Assembly (NCBI RefSeq): GCF_040938485.1
Contig: NW_027272210.1
Location: forward strand, 372,001-436,000
Reading direction: 5' to 3'
Source: Diadema antillarum
Lineage: Eukaryota
DNA: 64,000 nucleotides
In this document: positions 1 to 11,645 of the stretch, piece by piece
Layout: each line of letters opens with the position of its first letter
How positions within the stretch are numbered: the first letter of the stretch is position 1
Translations under genes and position numbers: made by a program
Notes under the pieces: model-generated
What the model was told of the DNA's origin: nothing
The model's database searches: none
The model's input: the letters and a program-made list of their open reading frames with translations, nothing else

Positions 1-2
1 AC

Positions 3-2669
3 TGCTGCTCCTATGAAGAGACCAGCCGAGTCATCAAGGTCTACTGCAATCATTGCCATCTGAAGTCAGTTCCCCAAGACCTCCCAAACAGGACGATCAC
101 TTTAGATTTATCATACAACCTTATAACGCAATTACAAAATTACTCCTTTGCACCCGTCTGGAATCTAGTCACCTTAAATTTGAAGAAAAATGCAATCTTT
201 CATATTGAAAATGCTGCTTTCACACCTCTCATTCATCTCAAAATATTATCTCTTTCAGGAAATAAGTTGACACAAATTCAGCCTGGGTTACTATGTTCTA
301 ATAAGAATCTCGGTCTCTTAGATTTAGGAAATAACTTGTTTACGTTTGTACCTGTAACTGCAATAAAAAACTTATCAAACTTAGAGACATTGATTCTAAT
401 GAAAAATTCAATACAATCCTTTGATTTTCAGTCAGTTTCACGGTGGAAGAAAATATCTGAAATAAACTTGTCATTGAATAATATTATATCCATTCCTCAT
501 CATGCTTTTCTGCCATTACAAAATAACTCCCTGCGCATTTTAGACCTCAAGTATAACAAAATAAATGAAGTGACACCTGGGGTATTCTCGGACCTCACAA
601 CCGTTAATTCTCTTTTACTTGATGTTAATCATATTAACAAATTTGAAGTGCTAGCATTCATGGGCAGCTTAAAGATTAAGAAACTGACCCTAATTGGCAC
701 TTTGCTAAAGGAGATAATTCCACTGAACAAGTCTACATGTGATACAGTTCCCATACCTCACATAATGAAAATTGAGTTGACTGGCAATGAAATAGTTGAA
801 ATCCCTCACTATGCATTTTGTGGTTTTTATCACACTGTAAGTCTTTTGATACAGAAGAACAGGATCACAAATATTGCAAACACATCTTTTTGTGGACTTC
901 ATTCATTGCAAATCCTGGACATATCTGAAAATCATATTTCTTCTCTGCCACTGGGTGCATTTCACTGCAATGAAAACCTCCTCCAGTTGAACATTTCCCA
1001 TAATAAAATTCTCATATTGCATCCTGGCTCCTTCATACAGCTGTCTATGATACAACACCTTGATCTATCTAATAACATGATTTTCTCCTGCAATTACAGA
1101 CTTTGGACCACTAAAACTCTGCTCACTTTAGACATCTCTTTCAATAGTTTAGATAAAATTCCTCACAGCATGTTAAGGGGACTCACAAATCTCAAAGTTC
1201 TAACTGTGTCTCACAACAAGATTAGAGGATATTCTCCTTTTTTATTTGCACACACACCAAATTTGCAAGAGTTGTATCTGATCTCAGAAGAAGCGTCTTA
1301 CCTGTGTGAAAATTTCCGTGACATGACTTACTTACAAATACTGGATCTGTCATATACAAAACTTGCATTGAATTCCACACATCAGTTTACTGGAGCCGAG
1401 TCACTGCAAAAACTTCATTTGCGTTTCAACAATTTAGGAAGTGAAAGTTTGTTTGATACCCAAACAAACCATTCCTTGTTTGCTGGTCAAGCAGTACTCC
1501 AGGGGCTGTACCTGCAGGGAAATTCCTTGAACAACATGGAACCTGGAACCTTCAGTTCACTGACAAGCCTGAAATCCTTGGATATCTCTGACTCTGAGAT
1601 CAAAGTACTGAAACCAGGACTATTTAACAATTTGACTTCCTTGACAACATTGTATCTAAGGGGTAACCCAATTAAAGAGCCATCTGCAAATACCCTGTAT
1701 GGTCTCCACAGTCTCAGAACTCTTTTCTTTGAAAAGAGTTCAGTTAGGTCTTTGCCAATCACACTGTTCAATGACACACCTCATCTTTTTAAACTATTTC
1801 TATCTGAGAATCACCTCAGCACCATATTTCCTGGTACATTATTTCCTACCACTATACACTTAGATTTATCACAAAACCCACTCTCATGCACATGCGATTT
1901 AGCATGGTTCAGAAAGTGGGTTGAGCTAAGCAATGTTGTCCTTATGCAATCAAATAAGACTGTTTGCTCAAGATCCTCTTTTGAAACTTTAGTCAATCAT
2001 CCTTTTCTACTCTTTGATCCTCAAGAATTCTGTAGCTTAAATGTGACTCTTATAGTATCAGTTTCCCTGGTCCTTGTCATTGTGGGTTATATGGCTATAG
2101 TCGTATACTATAAGCGCTGGTGGTTTCGCTACCGGCTCTATCTCCTGAAGCTAGCCATCTTGGGATATGAGGAAGTGGAAGACAATCAACAACCAGAGGA
2201 CTATAGGCACCAGCTTAATATCATGTTCTCTGATGGGGATGAAGACTGGGTCAACAATGTCATGAGACCAGCCGTGGAAGAAAGATTTCCTCAGTTTGAT
2301 AGCATTCTCTGGGGTGACGACTATCTTCACATTGGTATGTACTTAGTAGACGCTATCCATCATGCCCTAGAAAACAGCTTCAAGACAGCTCTTGTGATAA
2401 GCAATGAGTCGGTGGAGGAGCAATGGTTTATGACCAAGATTCGCTTGGCCTTAGAACATATCAATGAAACCAAATTGGACAAAGTGATTCTGATCTTCAA
2501 GGAGGATGTTGAAGATGACCAACTTCCCTATCTTGTACGGCTCTTCCTGAGCGCTAACAGACCGTACTTGGAATGGGAAGAAGATGAATACAGACAGGAT
2601 TTGTTTTGGGCCAAGCTTGAGAAGAACTTCAGATCAAACAAGGTGATAAATAATGCAATTCCTGTATAG
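3..2669 (+). CDS. Toll-like receptor TLR-1 (5' end outside window): LRRNT, LRR ectodomain, LRRCT, TM, TIR
   Basis: The frame is open from nt 3 (CCSYEETSRVIKVYCNHCHLKSVPQDLP, an LRRNT), so the ORF-track TTG start at 180 is internal. It has many LxxLxLxxN repeats, an LRRCT (NPLSCTCDLAWF...C), a TM helix (VTLIVSVSLVLVIVGYMAIVVYY) and a TIR domain ending FWAKLEKNF...NAIPV*. Confidence 0.95.
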   Translation, partial: CCSYEETSRVIKVYCNHCHLKSVPQDLPNRTITLDLSYNLITQLQNYSFAPVWNLVTLNLKKNAIFHIENAAFTPLIHLKILSLSGNKLTQIQPGLLCSNKNLGLLDLGNNLFTFVPVTAIKNLSNLETLILMKNSIQSFDFQSVSRWKKISEINLSLNNIISIPHHAFLPLQNNSLRILDLKYNKINEVTPGVFSDLTTVNSLLLDVNHINKFEVLAFMGSLKIKKLTLIGTLLKEIIPLNKSTCDTVPIPHIMKIELTGNEIVEIPHYAFCGFYHTVSLLIQKNRITNIANTSFCGLHSLQILDISENHISSLPLGAFHCNENLLQLNISHNKILILHPGSFIQLSMIQHLDLSNNMIFSCNYRLWTTKTLLTLDISFNSLDKIPHSMLRGLTNLKVLTVSHNKIRGYSPFLFAHTPNLQELYLISEEASYLCENFRDMTYLQILDLSYTKLALNSTHQFTGAESLQKLHLRFNNLGSESLFDTQTNHSLFAGQAVLQGLYLQGNSLNNMEPGTFSSLTSLKSLDISDSEIKVLKPGLFNNLTSLTTLYLRGNPIKEPSANTLYGLHSLRTLFFEKSSVRSLPITLFNDTPHLFKLFLSENHLSTIFPGTLFPTTIHLDLSQNPLSCTCDLAWFRKWVELSNVVLMQSNKTVCSRSSFETLVNHPFLLFDPQEFCSLNVTLIVSVSLVLVIVGYMAIVVYYKRWWFRYRLYLLKLAILGYEEVEDNQQPEDYRHQLNIMFSDGDEDWVNNVMRPAVEERFPQFDSILWGDDYLHIGMYLVDAIHHALENSFKTALVISNESVEEQWFMTKIRLALEHINETKLDKVILIFKEDVEDDQLPYLVRLFLSANRPYLEWEEDEYRQDLFWAKLEKNFRSNKVINNAIPV

Positions 2670-2879
2670 AGAATACAGCTCCATTAATTTGCAGTATCTC
2701 TGGTGTTAGAAATTGACAAATAGGGTTATGTACAATAGGTGAAAAACCTGGAAAATTCCCATTAAATTGAAGGGACATAATCTTCAACACACAGAAAGTT
2801 CATTGACTTACTCTAACTATTGTAATTAAAATTGCAAACTATATACATGCATGAATACAGCATGTCTTTTGCTACATTG

Positions 2880-2885
2880 AATAAA
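2880..2885 (+). terminator. Candidate polyadenylation signal AATAAA of TLR-1 (equivalent at 11854-11859 for TLR-2)
   Basis: AATAAA about 210 nt after the stop, at the same position in two paralogs. The hexamer is common in AT-rich DNA. Confidence 0.35.
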
Positions 2886-5800
2886 CTGAGTAGATTACAT
2901 GAAGAGATCTAGAGAATGCACAAAGTCAATGAAGTGACAAACCAAGTCAAACTTGGCAACACCCTGGAAGTCCACACTTAATTGTCCAAAATTACTCTAT
3001 ATATTCAACAAAAAGGTTCAAAATAAGACTTTGTCTTACCTCAGTCAACCTTCCCCAAATCTCTGTAACAACACTAGGGAGTGTTGGGAGGGGGGGGGGG
3101 GGGGGTATCGCCTTGCAGTTGAAAACCCACTTGCAGACTTGGTAATATTGATGAACCTTTCCCAATGACTTAGTATTGATTTCATGATCCTCGAGAGCTA
3201 TTCATAAAATCTTTCTGCCCCCATTGTTGGGTTCGAAGGCGCTTCACCTGACACAATAGACACCAAAGGAAAGGGAAGGCAGTTAGGTGCCATAATGTAT
3301 CAAGCCACAAATCAAGACTTCATACCACCGCTCTCCCACGACGCATAGATTGCACGATTCCACTGTGTACACCCTGCATTACTTGAAGGTGAAACCGCCG
3401 TATTGACTTCAGTCAAATACCAACTCTACACCCGCTTCAGGCTCAACTGAACCCCCACATAGTTTGTAGTAGGTACAAGGTCTCACTCTCCATTGAAAGG
3501 AAGCCAAAGACAGTGGTAAAATGATGTGCACAGCTAATATCAATAACCCTTATGTTGAAATGCAGTTGATGCTGAGGCTTGGTTAACCCTACTATATTCT
3601 GACCTCTGTTAAATGCCAGACATTGATGAATCTCACAAGAATCTTCCAGTGAGTTGGAAGAATGTATCACCGTGCATATAAATCAAATTTCCTACCTAAT
3701 AGGTAAGATGATAATGGGAATTAAAGATATAAAAAAAAATCCAAGATTAAAACCTCTCTTGTTGAACAGATTTGTGCACTTCTGTCACTGATTCACAGCA
3801 CAATATAATTTAAGGATATGACCAGTGGACAATTTCTTTATCTAGTTCTATCATCACCACAATTTTGGGATGAAAAGGAAAGGTGTGAATAACCTGAATA
3901 GGTCTGATGAATCATGAACCAGAAAATTCCTTTTTCCCCCCTTGCTAAAAATATACATAATATACTTGTCCTTTTTTGTCCTTTGTTTTACTTTTCTGGG
4001 AAGTTATTGTGAAGGTCTGAAAATGAGTATGAAGATGTACTGATTTTGGAACAACACCAGGGATCACGATAACCATGTGGCCTGTGATTTTGTGTCCACA
4101 CGCGATTAAGAATTATCATCGGTTTTCACATCACTTGCAAAAATTAATTTTGTAAAACTGTTATTTTTGCATTTGTGTGAACAGCCCTTGGTAATAAAGT
4201 TAACCTTAAACAATGATTGCGAGATATATTTCCTGTATCTCCTCTTGGCACTCTGTTCTATCCTACCCTAATTGTGAAATCAACTTTAAAAAGAATAACA
4301 GACCTATTGTGAGAGTTTATGTACAAAATATGCGTATGCTACTGGATCAACACTCCTCTGTCTTCACTATGCAAAGATCTGCTGTCAGCCATTAACAATG
4401 TATGTTACATCCTCATCAAAGATGAATTTATAGCAGTTACTTCCTTTTCTTCGTTGCGTGAGAATCCACTATAAAAACAAATCTAATGAGCTCTTGACTG
4501 AAACCTTAGAAAATTAAATTACCTGGCACTTTCTCTCAGTGGATACAGATGGCACTACTTTCTTTTTTTTACACATAGGGCAACTGCCATGTGAATAGCG
4601 CCCTAGCTACATCTACATATGTGGCAAAAAGTCTGTCAACGGGTTTTTTTTTTTTTTCTGCAGAGATTTTTTTTTTCTCTCCTCTCTCTTTGCTATTTCT
4701 CTATTTTTGGGGCGCTGAACATGTATCCTATTACAACAGAAAAAGAAATCTTTGATAACTGCTCCTTATTCAGTGTGTATCAACAAAAAAGGTAATCCAA
4801 CTTTGGAGGATTACTATTTCATAATCGTCAACTGTAGAAAGCGCAATGTTGATTGTGAGGAAAGAGGAACTCTTTCCCTTTCTATTGGTATCTAATTATG
4901 TTGACAAATGACATCTTAAGTGATCATAACTACATTAATGACTGTTTTAGACATGGGTACACTCATATTTATCAACAGAGAGAAATGCCTTTTTAACTGT
5001 TTGAATGTAAGAAATGCATGACTGATGATACGGTATAAAATGTATACTGTGCAAACTAGTAAGACAGCTTGGTTTGTTGGTTGGTGGTTGGTTGTTAAGT
5101 TGTCTATTTCTCTGGTGTATTGGGGGTTTCTGCTTTACGTTAAATTACAAAATTTACCTGTATTTGTGCTTTTGTTAAATTATGAAATTTACCTGTATTT
5201 GTGCTTTCATAAGAACAGATGCAAATTGAAAAATAGCACAGACTCTGTGAAATCTGGACATTAGAATGCAGAAAGGAAATATGATGCAAAAGACATTCCC
5301 ACAGAGAGGACAACACAGTGGTTCCCCATATCATGATTATAGTTATGTAAAACACATATCTAGATGTCTCTTCGGATTGCTGAAAATTAGCCTCTGTAAC
5401 AAATAATTCCTCAATTTTGTTTTGTTGTTGTTGTTTTGTTTTTTTTTGCAACATATGCTACTATGTGAACACTGAGTGAAGTTCATAAATTAAAAGAATA
5501 CAGAAATAAGGACACATCAAGCAATATGTACCAGAGAAACATGTGAATGTCTGTAATCTGCAATCATTTTAAATGTGTAGATTTGTAAGGTAAGCATTAT
5601 GCTATATATTTGATTGTATGTCATATGTAAATATTTGCTTCAATACACTGTTTGAATTTTAATGGCTTTGAAACACTTCGGACAGTAACATTTGATATGC
5701 TAATATACAATGTATTACATGTTCATGATGAATCCTCCTCATCTTCATTCTTATCATCATTCAAGACATTTTGTTTCTTGAAAATACAAAATCAATTTCA

Positions 5801-6272
5801 GCCGAGTCTTACAGAGTGAATTAGCAGTCCTCACACAATGGAGTCATATGGGGCACTCTCTATATATAATGAGAAATCTTGTCAGGAATAGGTCTTCTTG
5901 GAATAGGAGGTTTTTATTCCCTGGTTTTCTTTTTCCTGCAACCTATGATATCATTATGGCGTTCGGCATCAAAAAAGTTATCTGAATTGTGTCACAGCAG
6001 TTTCTATAATTTGTGAGTACCAAAATTATGTATTCAAATAAGGAGTTAAATTTAACAAACTAATTATAATTACTACCTTGAAATGTTACACATTTGAACT
6101 GACATCATGCATATCCACAAAATATGCATGAATTACTTGACTGTGAACTCATTACACACTGTTAGCAAAGAGGATATGTTGACGTTGGCAAGAAGGCTAA
6201 AGTCTTCAAACATTAATTGAAGGGAGCAGTACACTGTTAATTATATCGTCTTCTACAGACAATTGGTCATGT

Positions 6273-6486
6273 TCTGTAAAAGTGGAATGGATATTTTTGC
6301 CAAACTAATTTTTCATGCTCTGCCGTGTAAGAAGATTGTAGCATATTTTTAATTCTGCAGAATCAAGACAACTACTGGAACATATGGCAAGGAAAAATTT
6401 TTGTGTGTTTTTGTTTTTGCACTAGTTTCTCGTTGCGCGAAATGGGCAAAAATTTGAACACCACAAAAATTTTCACTTTTACAGTA
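6273..6486. mobile_element. Degenerate MITE (CTGTAAAAGTG ends); second copy at about 15159-15373
   Basis: CTGTAAAAGTGG at the left and TTCACTTTTACAGTA at the right, present in both duplicated spacers. Confidence 0.5.
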
Positions 6487-7006
6487 TACGTTTGATTTAA
6501 ATTTTGCACGGACAAATTGTATATTGTAGAATGTTATAATTGTCTCTTTTTCCAATTCTAGATATTCGTAACTGTGACAACAAAAGCTATTAAGATGTGT
6601 TTGATTCTTAATTGACTTAAAAATGTATCAATACCACAGTCTCGTATAAAACAAACACATTATATTGGGTCCTTTCTGTTATCACAAATTTTCTTTCTGG
6701 CATTGATGTAGTGATTAAGTATTGAGAAAAGTAGTAAAAACTAAAATGTTTGTTTTGTGTTTCCTTTTTGAAGCCTTGTGTGATGCAATAAAATGTAAAT
6801 ATGTCACAGAACTAATTTGATTAAATCCAATTTGGCCACGCATTGAAGTTGTTCTACTGTCCAGTCATCAGATCTCTTCTTTTTAACTGTTCAGCCATAC
6901 AAGGAAATCTCATGATATGAAATCAATTCCTGAAATTTACACATAAAAAGGCACGCAACGCTAACTTTTTGTTTGGCCCTCAAGTGCAGAATTAAAACTT
7001 GTCAGA

Positions 7007-7378
7007 GTTTGTTAGTTTGTTTGTTTGTTACTTTTCCATCTGAGAAGATGGCTGGATAGCCCACATTCAGCTATGTTAAGCTGGTCTTCCATGGGGTCCA
7101 GTTGGATGTGAGGTGGGGGACCACTTCACCAGGTTAAACACCCTGCTCTTTGCGATGAATGAATGGAGCAGGATCATTTACGTGCATGAGTTGCTACTCT
7201 CTCATACACGGGACCTCCACTCTCTCATACACGGGACCTCCATTTAATGTTCTATCTGAGGGACAGATTGTTTTGCCTCTTGCTAGAGGGGACGGTATGC
7301 CTACACACAGCATTGCTCAGTCCAGACTTGGGTTTGAACCTGGGCCGCGTGATCGTGAGGCAAGAGTCAAGTGTTCTG
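7007..7378 (-). mobile_element. tRNA-derived SINE, 5'-truncated
   Basis: On the - strand: B-box GGTTCAAACCC, central core (…ACATTAAATGGAGGTCCCGTGT…), 3' tail (AAAC)n. An internal 23-bp tandem duplication (ACTCTCTCATACACGGGACCTCC) is present here but not in the second copy. Confidence 0.72.
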
Positions 7379-8615
7379 TACATCCATCCTTGCAAAAATG
7401 TAGGACAAACACAACAAACTTTCCTCCTGATGGTATTATTGAAATGAATAGTTCTTCCCCATTAATATAAACATTGCAACTACAAAGTGTAGTAACAAAA
7501 AAAGAGATCTCCATTAGTCACGTACGATACATTCCAGCCATCAGAGCTACAGTCTTTTAAGTCCTGCCTTAACCAGAACTGAAACTGCGATAAATCATTT
7601 CTGGTAGACAAGACTCATGCACTGACATTTGAGGCATGCAGCCATTTGTATAGATGATTAACCAGCTATGCACTTTCGATTATTGCTTTATGCAAATTGG
7701 CATTGGATGTGATAAAATGCATAGTCATATTTCCAATCCTATTTGTGTGTCAGAGAACACTGTGAATTACACTTATGATGTGCTAGTGAAACTGCTATGG
7801 AGTGCATTATGTAAACTGACCATCAATCAAGGACCTGGAAACAATGAGAAACTGAATACTCCCTGTGCTAGTAGGTCACAGACAACTTGTGGACAACTAT
7901 AACCTCCAGGGCTCTACAATGGTACCTGTAAAGCAGTGCTTCTACATCATTCTACATCTGGTAACTGCTACAGCTTTAAGACCTACTTACAAACATGGTT
8001 CCATGTTTTCATTTTTATGGCTCATTTTGAAGAAATGATATCACTTGCTGGCCATCGCTGCATGATCACCTGGGCTTTAACTGCAAGGGGTCCACAGCAT
8101 CAGTTGCCTGTGTGTGGGATGGTCTACCGCACTTCAAGTGTGCACCCTACTATTTGCAACAAGAAGTGTGGCGGGACCTTTAATGTGCAGGACTAAAGAC
8201 TCTTTCAAACGTTAGACCTCCATTTCATCTCAGCTGGACTCAGAGAGCCTGACCCCAAGCCACACAGTCTTGCTTACAAGATTGACATGTGAACTAACCA
8301 CAGAGTCACGCCAATTTCGTCATACAACTGCACATGTAGTCATAGGAGTGACTTACTGGACATTTTGATGCAATCTGACCCATTCAAGCTGACTTTCTAT
8401 GCATACCTTTCCAGACTGAAACAGAAGGACATTGTAACCCTATTGTGTGGTACATTGTTAAATTGGCGAGGGGTAATACTTAACTTGAAACTATTCCAGA
8501 ACACCAGACACCATTTTTTATTTATGTATCTCACAGCCAGCAAATTGAGCATCTTAACCAACTTCTCTGTGACTGGAGGTATATTTCACTCCTCTGAAGT
8601 ATCAAAAAAATGATA

Positions 8616-8846
8616 TCCTGACTGAGATGTTACAACAGCTTCAAGGGGTCATCGCAAAATGTGCTACTACTTAACTTTACACTTATTGACAGTTGAAATT
8701 ATATGCATTCTTGAAGTGGAAGCAGCTAGTTGGGGCTATACCAACCTCCCCCCCCCCCCCCCCCATAATCTTGCTTTCCCCAAAAGACCTTAATACTGTT
8801 GTCAAATTTTCACAGGAAGTGGATATAACACCATTTTGAAGGTACC
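8616..8846 (+). promoter_or_regulatory. Conserved TLR proximal upstream module with probable short 5'-UTR intron (equivalents upstream of TLR-3, -4, -5, -6 and the relic)
   Basis: TTTTCACAG|G acceptor-like site 30-45 nt before each ATG (AG ending at 8815, 27835, 38075, 45424). Donor-like GT sites at 8648, 27605, 37961, 45223. Conserved motifs (T)TCCTGACTGAG and TTATTGACAGTTGAAAT. Confidence 0.5.
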
Positions 8847-11645
8847 ATGACCGCATCCAGGATGCATTCTTCAATGTGTTTTCTGAGCTGCATTCTCCTG
8901 GTGCTGTGGGTGGTGAGCCTACTGTCAGTATCAGCTGTCTCAACACTAGACCAGATGATGCCTCCCCGACACAACTGCTGTCACATTGAGAATACCACCC
9001 AAGGCATGTACAAGGCCTACTGCAACCACTGCCATCTGAAGTCAGTTCCACAAGACCTACCAAACAGGACCATTGCTTTAGATTTATCACACAACTTCAT
9101 ATCACAACTTCAAAGCAACTCCTTTGGACATCTCTGGAATCTAATCAACTTAAATTTGAAGAGCAATGCCATTGTCCACATAGAAAATGCTGCTTTCACA
9201 CCTCTTCTTCATCTCAAAGTATTGTGTCTTTCAGGAAATAAGTTGACACAAATTCAGCCAGGACTATTAAATTCTAGTAAGAATCTCACTGTTGTAGATT
9301 TAGGATATAATTTAATTCCTTCTGTGCCTCTAGCTGCAATAAAAGATTTATCAAACTTACAGAAACTAATTTTGATGAAAAATTCAATAAAATCGTTTGA
9401 CTTTCAGTCAGTCTCAAAGTGGAGGAGAATATCTGATGTAAACTTGTCAAGGAATGATATCACATCCATTTCTAAACATGCTTTTTCCCCCCTACAAAAC
9501 AACTCCATGCATGCTTTAGACCTGCGCAATAACAAAATCACTGAAGTAACACCTGGAGTATTCTCGGACCTTACAATCGTTCATTTTATTTACCTTGATG
9601 CAAATAATATTAACAAATTTGAAGTGCTGGCATTCATGGGTAACTTAAAGATTAAGAAACTGTCACTAATCGGCACTTCGCTCAAGGAAATAATTCCACT
9701 GAACAAATCTACATGTGATGGAGTTGACATTCCCCACATATTGAATATAGAGTTGAGTAACAATGGAATATTTGACATCCCTCAATATGCATTTGCAGGT
9801 TTCAATCATACTTTAAGTTTAAAAATACGACAGAACAGATTAACAATGATTTCAAACACATCTTTTTGTGGACTTCATTCATTAGAGATTCTGGACATAT
9901 CTGGAAATCAAATTTCCTCTCTGCCACTGGCTGCATTTCATTGCAATGAAAACCTCCTCCAGTTGAACATTTCCCACAATCAAATTCTCAGATTGCATCC
10001 TGGCTCCTTCGTACAGCTGTCGAAGATACAACAGCTTGATCTATCTTATAACATGCTTTCTTCCTGCAAATACTTAAGGTGGACCATTAAAAGTTTGCTC
10101 ACTCTGAACATTTCTTTCAACAATTTCAATAAATTTCCCAACCACATGCTATGGGGACTCCAAAATCTCAAAATACTTCATGCGTCTCACAATAAGATAA
10201 GAGGCTATTCTCCTTTTTTATTTGCACAAACACAACATCTCCAAGAGTTGTACCTAACCTCAGAAGCAGCCTCATACCTTGCTGAAGTTTTCCGTGATAT
10301 GTCTAATCTAAAAATTCTGAATCTGTCTCACACAAAACTCACAATGAATTCCACAAATCAGTTTTCCAGAGCTGTCTCACTGGGAGAGCTTTATCTGCAA
10401 TATAACAATTTAGGAAGGAAAAGTTTGTTTGATAATGAAACAAACCAGTCCTTGTTTGCTGGTCAAGCAGTACTCAAGGGGCTGTACCTGCAGGGAAATT
10501 CCTTGAACAGCATGGAACCTGGAACCTTCTGTTCACTGGAAAGCCTGAAATCATTGGATATCTCTGACTCTGAGATCAAGGTACTGAAACCAGGACTATT
10601 TAAGAATTTGACTTCCTTGACAACATTGTATTTAAGGGGTAACCAAATTCAAGAGCCATCAGCACATACCCTGTATGGTCTCTACAGTCTCAGAACTCTT
10701 TTCTTTGAAAAGAGTTCAGTTAGGTCTTTGCCAATCACACTGTTCAATGACACACCTCATCTTATCAGACTATTTCTGTCTGAGAATCACCTCAGCACCA
10801 TATTTCCTGGTACATTACTTCCTACCACTATACACTTAGATTTATCACAAAACCCACTCTCATGCACATGCAATTTAGCATGGTTCAGAAAATGGGTTGA
10901 GCTAAACAATGTTGTCCTAATGCAACCGAATAAGACTCTTTGCTCAGGCTCATCCTTTGAATCTTTAGTCAATCATCCTTTTATACTCTTTAATCCTGAA
11001 GAATTCTGCAGCTTAAATGTGACACTCATAGTATTAGTTTCCTTGGTCCTTGTCATTGTGGGTTATGTGGCTATAGTTGTATACTATAAGCACTGGTGGT
11101 TTCGCTACTGGCTCTATCTCCTGAAGCTAGCCATCTTGGGCTATGAGGAAGTGGACGACAATCAACAAATAGAGGACTATAGGCACCAGCTAAATGTCAT
11201 GTTCTCTGATGGGGATGAAGACTGGGTCAACGATGTCATGAGACCAGCCATGGAAGAAAAATTTCCCCAGTTTGAAAGCATTCTGTGGGGTGATGACTAT
11301 CTTCACATTGGTATGTACTTAGTAGACGCCATCCACAATGCCTTGGAAAACAGCTTCAAGACTGCTCTTGTGATCAGCAATGAGTCGGTGGAGGAGCAAT
11401 GGTTTATGACCAAGATTCGCTTGGCCTTAGAACACATTAATGAAACCAAACTGGACAAAGTTATCCTGATCTTCAAGGAGGATGTTGAAGACGACCAACT
11501 TCCCTATCTTGTACGGCTCTTCCTGAGTGCTAACAGACCATACTTGAAATGGGAAGAGGATGAATACAGACAGGATTTGTTTTGGGCCAAGCTTGAGAAG
11601 AACTTCAGATCAAACAAGGTGATAAATAATGCAATTCCTGTATAG
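8847..11645 (+). CDS. Toll-like receptor TLR-2, 932 aa, intron-free CDS
   Basis: Single ORF with signal peptide (MCFLSCILLVLWVVSLLSVSA), LRRNT, about two dozen LRRs, LRRCT (NPLSCTC), TM and TIR. The ATG context is GGTACCATG. Confidence 0.96.
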   Translation: MTASRMHSSMCFLSCILLVLWVVSLLSVSAVSTLDQMMPPRHNCCHIENTTQGMYKAYCNHCHLKSVPQDLPNRTIALDLSHNFISQLQSNSFGHLWNLINLNLKSNAIVHIENAAFTPLLHLKVLCLSGNKLTQIQPGLLNSSKNLTVVDLGYNLIPSVPLAAIKDLSNLQKLILMKNSIKSFDFQSVSKWRRISDVNLSRNDITSISKHAFSPLQNNSMHALDLRNNKITEVTPGVFSDLTIVHFIYLDANNINKFEVLAFMGNLKIKKLSLIGTSLKEIIPLNKSTCDGVDIPHILNIELSNNGIFDIPQYAFAGFNHTLSLKIRQNRLTMISNTSFCGLHSLEILDISGNQISSLPLAAFHCNENLLQLNISHNQILRLHPGSFVQLSKIQQLDLSYNMLSSCKYLRWTIKSLLTLNISFNNFNKFPNHMLWGLQNLKILHASHNKIRGYSPFLFAQTQHLQELYLTSEAASYLAEVFRDMSNLKILNLSHTKLTMNSTNQFSRAVSLGELYLQYNNLGRKSLFDNETNQSLFAGQAVLKGLYLQGNSLNSMEPGTFCSLESLKSLDISDSEIKVLKPGLFKNLTSLTTLYLRGNQIQEPSAHTLYGLYSLRTLFFEKSSVRSLPITLFNDTPHLIRLFLSENHLSTIFPGTLLPTTIHLDLSQNPLSCTCNLAWFRKWVELNNVVLMQPNKTLCSGSSFESLVNHPFILFNPEEFCSLNVTLIVLVSLVLVIVGYVAIVVYYKHWWFRYWLYLLKLAILGYEEVDDNQQIEDYRHQLNVMFSDGDEDWVNDVMRPAMEEKFPQFESILWGDDYLHIGMYLVDAIHNALENSFKTALVISNESVEEQWFMTKIRLALEHINETKLDKVILIFKEDVEDDQLPYLVRLFLSANRPYLKWEEDEYRQDLFWAKLEKNFRSNKVINNAIPV

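Noticed and set aside
180-182. TTG start of the 829-aa ORF
   Set aside because: The frame is open back to nt 3 and encodes the LRRNT. The true ATG lies upstream of the window.
1517-1526. Perfect NF-kB-like GGGAAATTCC inside five TLR CDSs, near the TLR-2/3 switch point
   Set aside because: It encodes Q-G-N-S of an LRR, so conservation is explained by the protein. It is degenerate in TLR-6 and there is no independent support.
2200-2669. TIR-NADase (SARM1/Thoeris-like) enzymatic defence module
   Set aside because: The catalytic Glu position is Lys (WFMTK) and the architecture is that of an ordinary membrane TLR.
8683-9090. Antisense ORFs recurring at equivalent positions of several TLRs (e.g. 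8683..9090, 18264..18668, 9590..9778, 1811..1996, 47393..47578)
   Set aside because: They are shadows of the conserved TLR sense frame. Their recurrence is explained by paralogy.
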